Below the pieces are notes generated by a model that was given only the letters and a program-made list of their open reading frames with translations, was not told the origin of the DNA and searched no databases. This document shows positions 62,300 to 64,000 of a stretch of DNA of 64,000 nucleotides, one piece after another. Within the stretch, counting starts at the first letter, position 1. Every line of letters begins with the position of its first letter. The position numbers were made by a program, and so were the translations under genes. This DNA is from Lepidodermella squamata (Eukaryota; Animalia; Gastrotricha), in NCBI GenBank assembly GCA_047495785.1, contig JBLDXI010000002.1:620001-684000 (forward strand), given 5' to 3'.

Positions 62300-63426
62300 A
62301 TGAGCAGAATCGATTCTTTTTTTCAAGCTACTAATTCAGGCGATGTCAAGTCAGTTAGAAGACTGCTCATCGAGGAAAGTAGCTTAACATTGCAAATAAG
62401 AGATGAACGCGGATTGACGGCATTGATTCTTGCGGCGGCTAAGGGTTATCTGGAGATCGTTCAACTTTTGCGAAGCAACGGAGCGGATATCAACGCACAA
62501 TTGGCGCAAGAATGTACAGATTTAAGCGAAGTGCCAGTCAAACATTCCAATAAGGGTTGGACAGCTCTGATTGCGGCAACGTTCAACGGCCATGAAGCAG
62601 TCGTGCGGTATCTGCTGGAGCAAGGTGCGGATGTAACGTTGACCGATGATGGCGGTTGGACCGCATTGCATGCTGCAGCTAGGCGTATGCATGAGCATCT
62701 AGTCCCGATTTTAATTGAGCGTGGAGCAGATGTCAATGCTAGGGAATGTAAAGGACTCACTCCGCTGAATGTTATCGCTATTTCTACGGGCGGAGAAGCT
62801 GAGGTGATGAGAACATTCTTGAAATGTAAGTTCAAAGGTTTTAACAGGCTGCATGAAAATTGGGAATCGCCGAGTTTTTATTTAAGATAAAGATAATGTA
62901 TTCTATACTCACAGATGATGCTGATGTTAACCTGGCAGATAATAACGGCTCAACGCCGCTAATGTACGTTTCCAAGCGTGGCGATTCTAAATCGGCCAAA
63001 TTGCTGCTTGACAATGGGGCTAAAGTCAACAACTTCACAGAAAATTATAATTGGTCAGCCTTGACTATGGCGACGAAAAATGGTCACCTTGAAGTAGTTC
63101 GTCTACTATTGGATCACGGTGCTGATATCAATTGGAAGACTGATGACGGATGGACACCGTTATTGAGCGCTTTGAAAGGGAAATTTGAGGAGGTGGCTCT
63201 TCTGCTCATCGAAAAAGGCGCAGACGTAAATGCCCGCGACAATAAGGACTGGACACCCCTTATATCGGCCGCGTTCATAGGCTCCCTGGAAATTTGTGAA
63301 GTTTTGCTTGATAATGGCGCTGATATCAATGCTAAGAACAAGGATGGATATACGGCTTTACGTACGGCTAAACAGAGAAATTACCCAGCAGTTGTTGAAT
63401 TATTGCAGCGACTCTCTGAACAATAA
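62300..63426 (+). CDS. Cytosolic ankyrin-repeat protein (~9-10 repeats), 2 exons (62300-62826, 62915-63426)
   Basis: Repeated G(W/L)T(A/P)LxxAA..G motifs in ORFs 62300..62890 and 62860..63426, joined by a GTAAGT...CACAG intron. AATAAA at the stop. Confidence 0.85.
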
Positions 63427-63838
63427 ATAGACCGGCCAATCACAGACAACGACACGAAAAGGAAAAATAGAATGCAAAAAATAAATCGATAATTGATTGA
63501 CAGAGCTAAAAGTTATATTGATTTGCCAGCGAAGAATTATCAAGAGATGCTTCTCGCTTACGTCGCTTGCATTTAATATAATTAAACCGAAATTAATAAA
63601 TGCTTGATATTATTATAAATCTTTTGGTTCATCAGCACTTCTGAGCCTAAGGAATTTGAAATGCCTGTCTAAAATGTACACGCTGTCTACAGAGTTCAGC
63701 TTGTCATGCAAGAATGCACTGAAAAATCCTAGAAAGCTGTTTTTCAGTTACGATGATTGTCCGGAAATTTAGAGCAGATATGGCCCCATAATTAGCCTTC
63801 ATAGCTCTAGGATTTTTACTTCGTACTTCGTACGGTGC

Positions 63839-63880
63839 TACAGTGAACCCCGATATTTGCATGGGGGCCGGTTCCAGGGT
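63839..63880 (+). mobile_element. Possible left end of a Tc1/pogo-type DNA transposon or MITE
   Basis: TA|CAGTGAACCCCGATATTTGCATGGGGGCCGGTTCC resembles TA-flanked CAGT-starting terminal inverted repeats. The partner end is not in the window. Confidence 0.3.
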
Positions 63881-64000
63881 AGTTTGGGTAATTTTGGTAT
63901 TCGTTCATTGTCAAGCTGAATTTCTTGAATCGTCATTTGAATAATTTGACGGTCATCATTTAAAGCATGCCGTTTTGTGTTGGGATTTTCTGATAAACCG

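Noticed and set aside
1-64000. Naming the host taxon (e.g. nematode, acoel, rotifer)
   Set aside because: Short introns and TTTCAG-like acceptors are compatible with several invertebrate groups; no diagnostic marker in the window.

Overview
AT-rich, intron-containing eukaryotic DNA, very probably from an invertebrate animal; most introns are ~45-60 nt GT-AG and the species cannot be fixed from the sequence. The window is dominated by eight paralogous Cys-loop (pentameric ligand-gated ion channel, pLGIC) subunit genes in two convergent tandem clusters: four on + at 4.3-22.2 kb and four on - at 39.3-58.9 kb. Each has a large N-terminal extension unusual for an animal pLGIC: signal peptide, then 0, 2 or 4 copies of a ~230-aa L-type-lectin/ConA-like domain, then (+ cluster only) 1, 1, 8 or 4 fungal-type cellulose-binding CBM1 modules, then a Ser/Thr mucin-like stalk. 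These precede a divergent Cys-loop domain lacking the acetylcholine aromatic box and four TM helices with a very short M3-M4 loop. The best candidate for an undescribed system is therefore a family of carbohydrate-tethered ion channels, possibly contact sensors for cellulose, chitin or other glycans. Between the clusters lie two duplicated secreted three-finger (Ly6/quiver-like) genes, one with a MITE between its TATA box and ATG. Decayed copia and LINE fragments, two short CENP-E-like kinesins (one with broken switch I/II) and an unknown gene follow. Ankyrin-repeat genes flank the window: one with a signal peptide at the left edge, and one intact gene plus decayed copies at the right. Exon boundaries were read by eye and are provisional.
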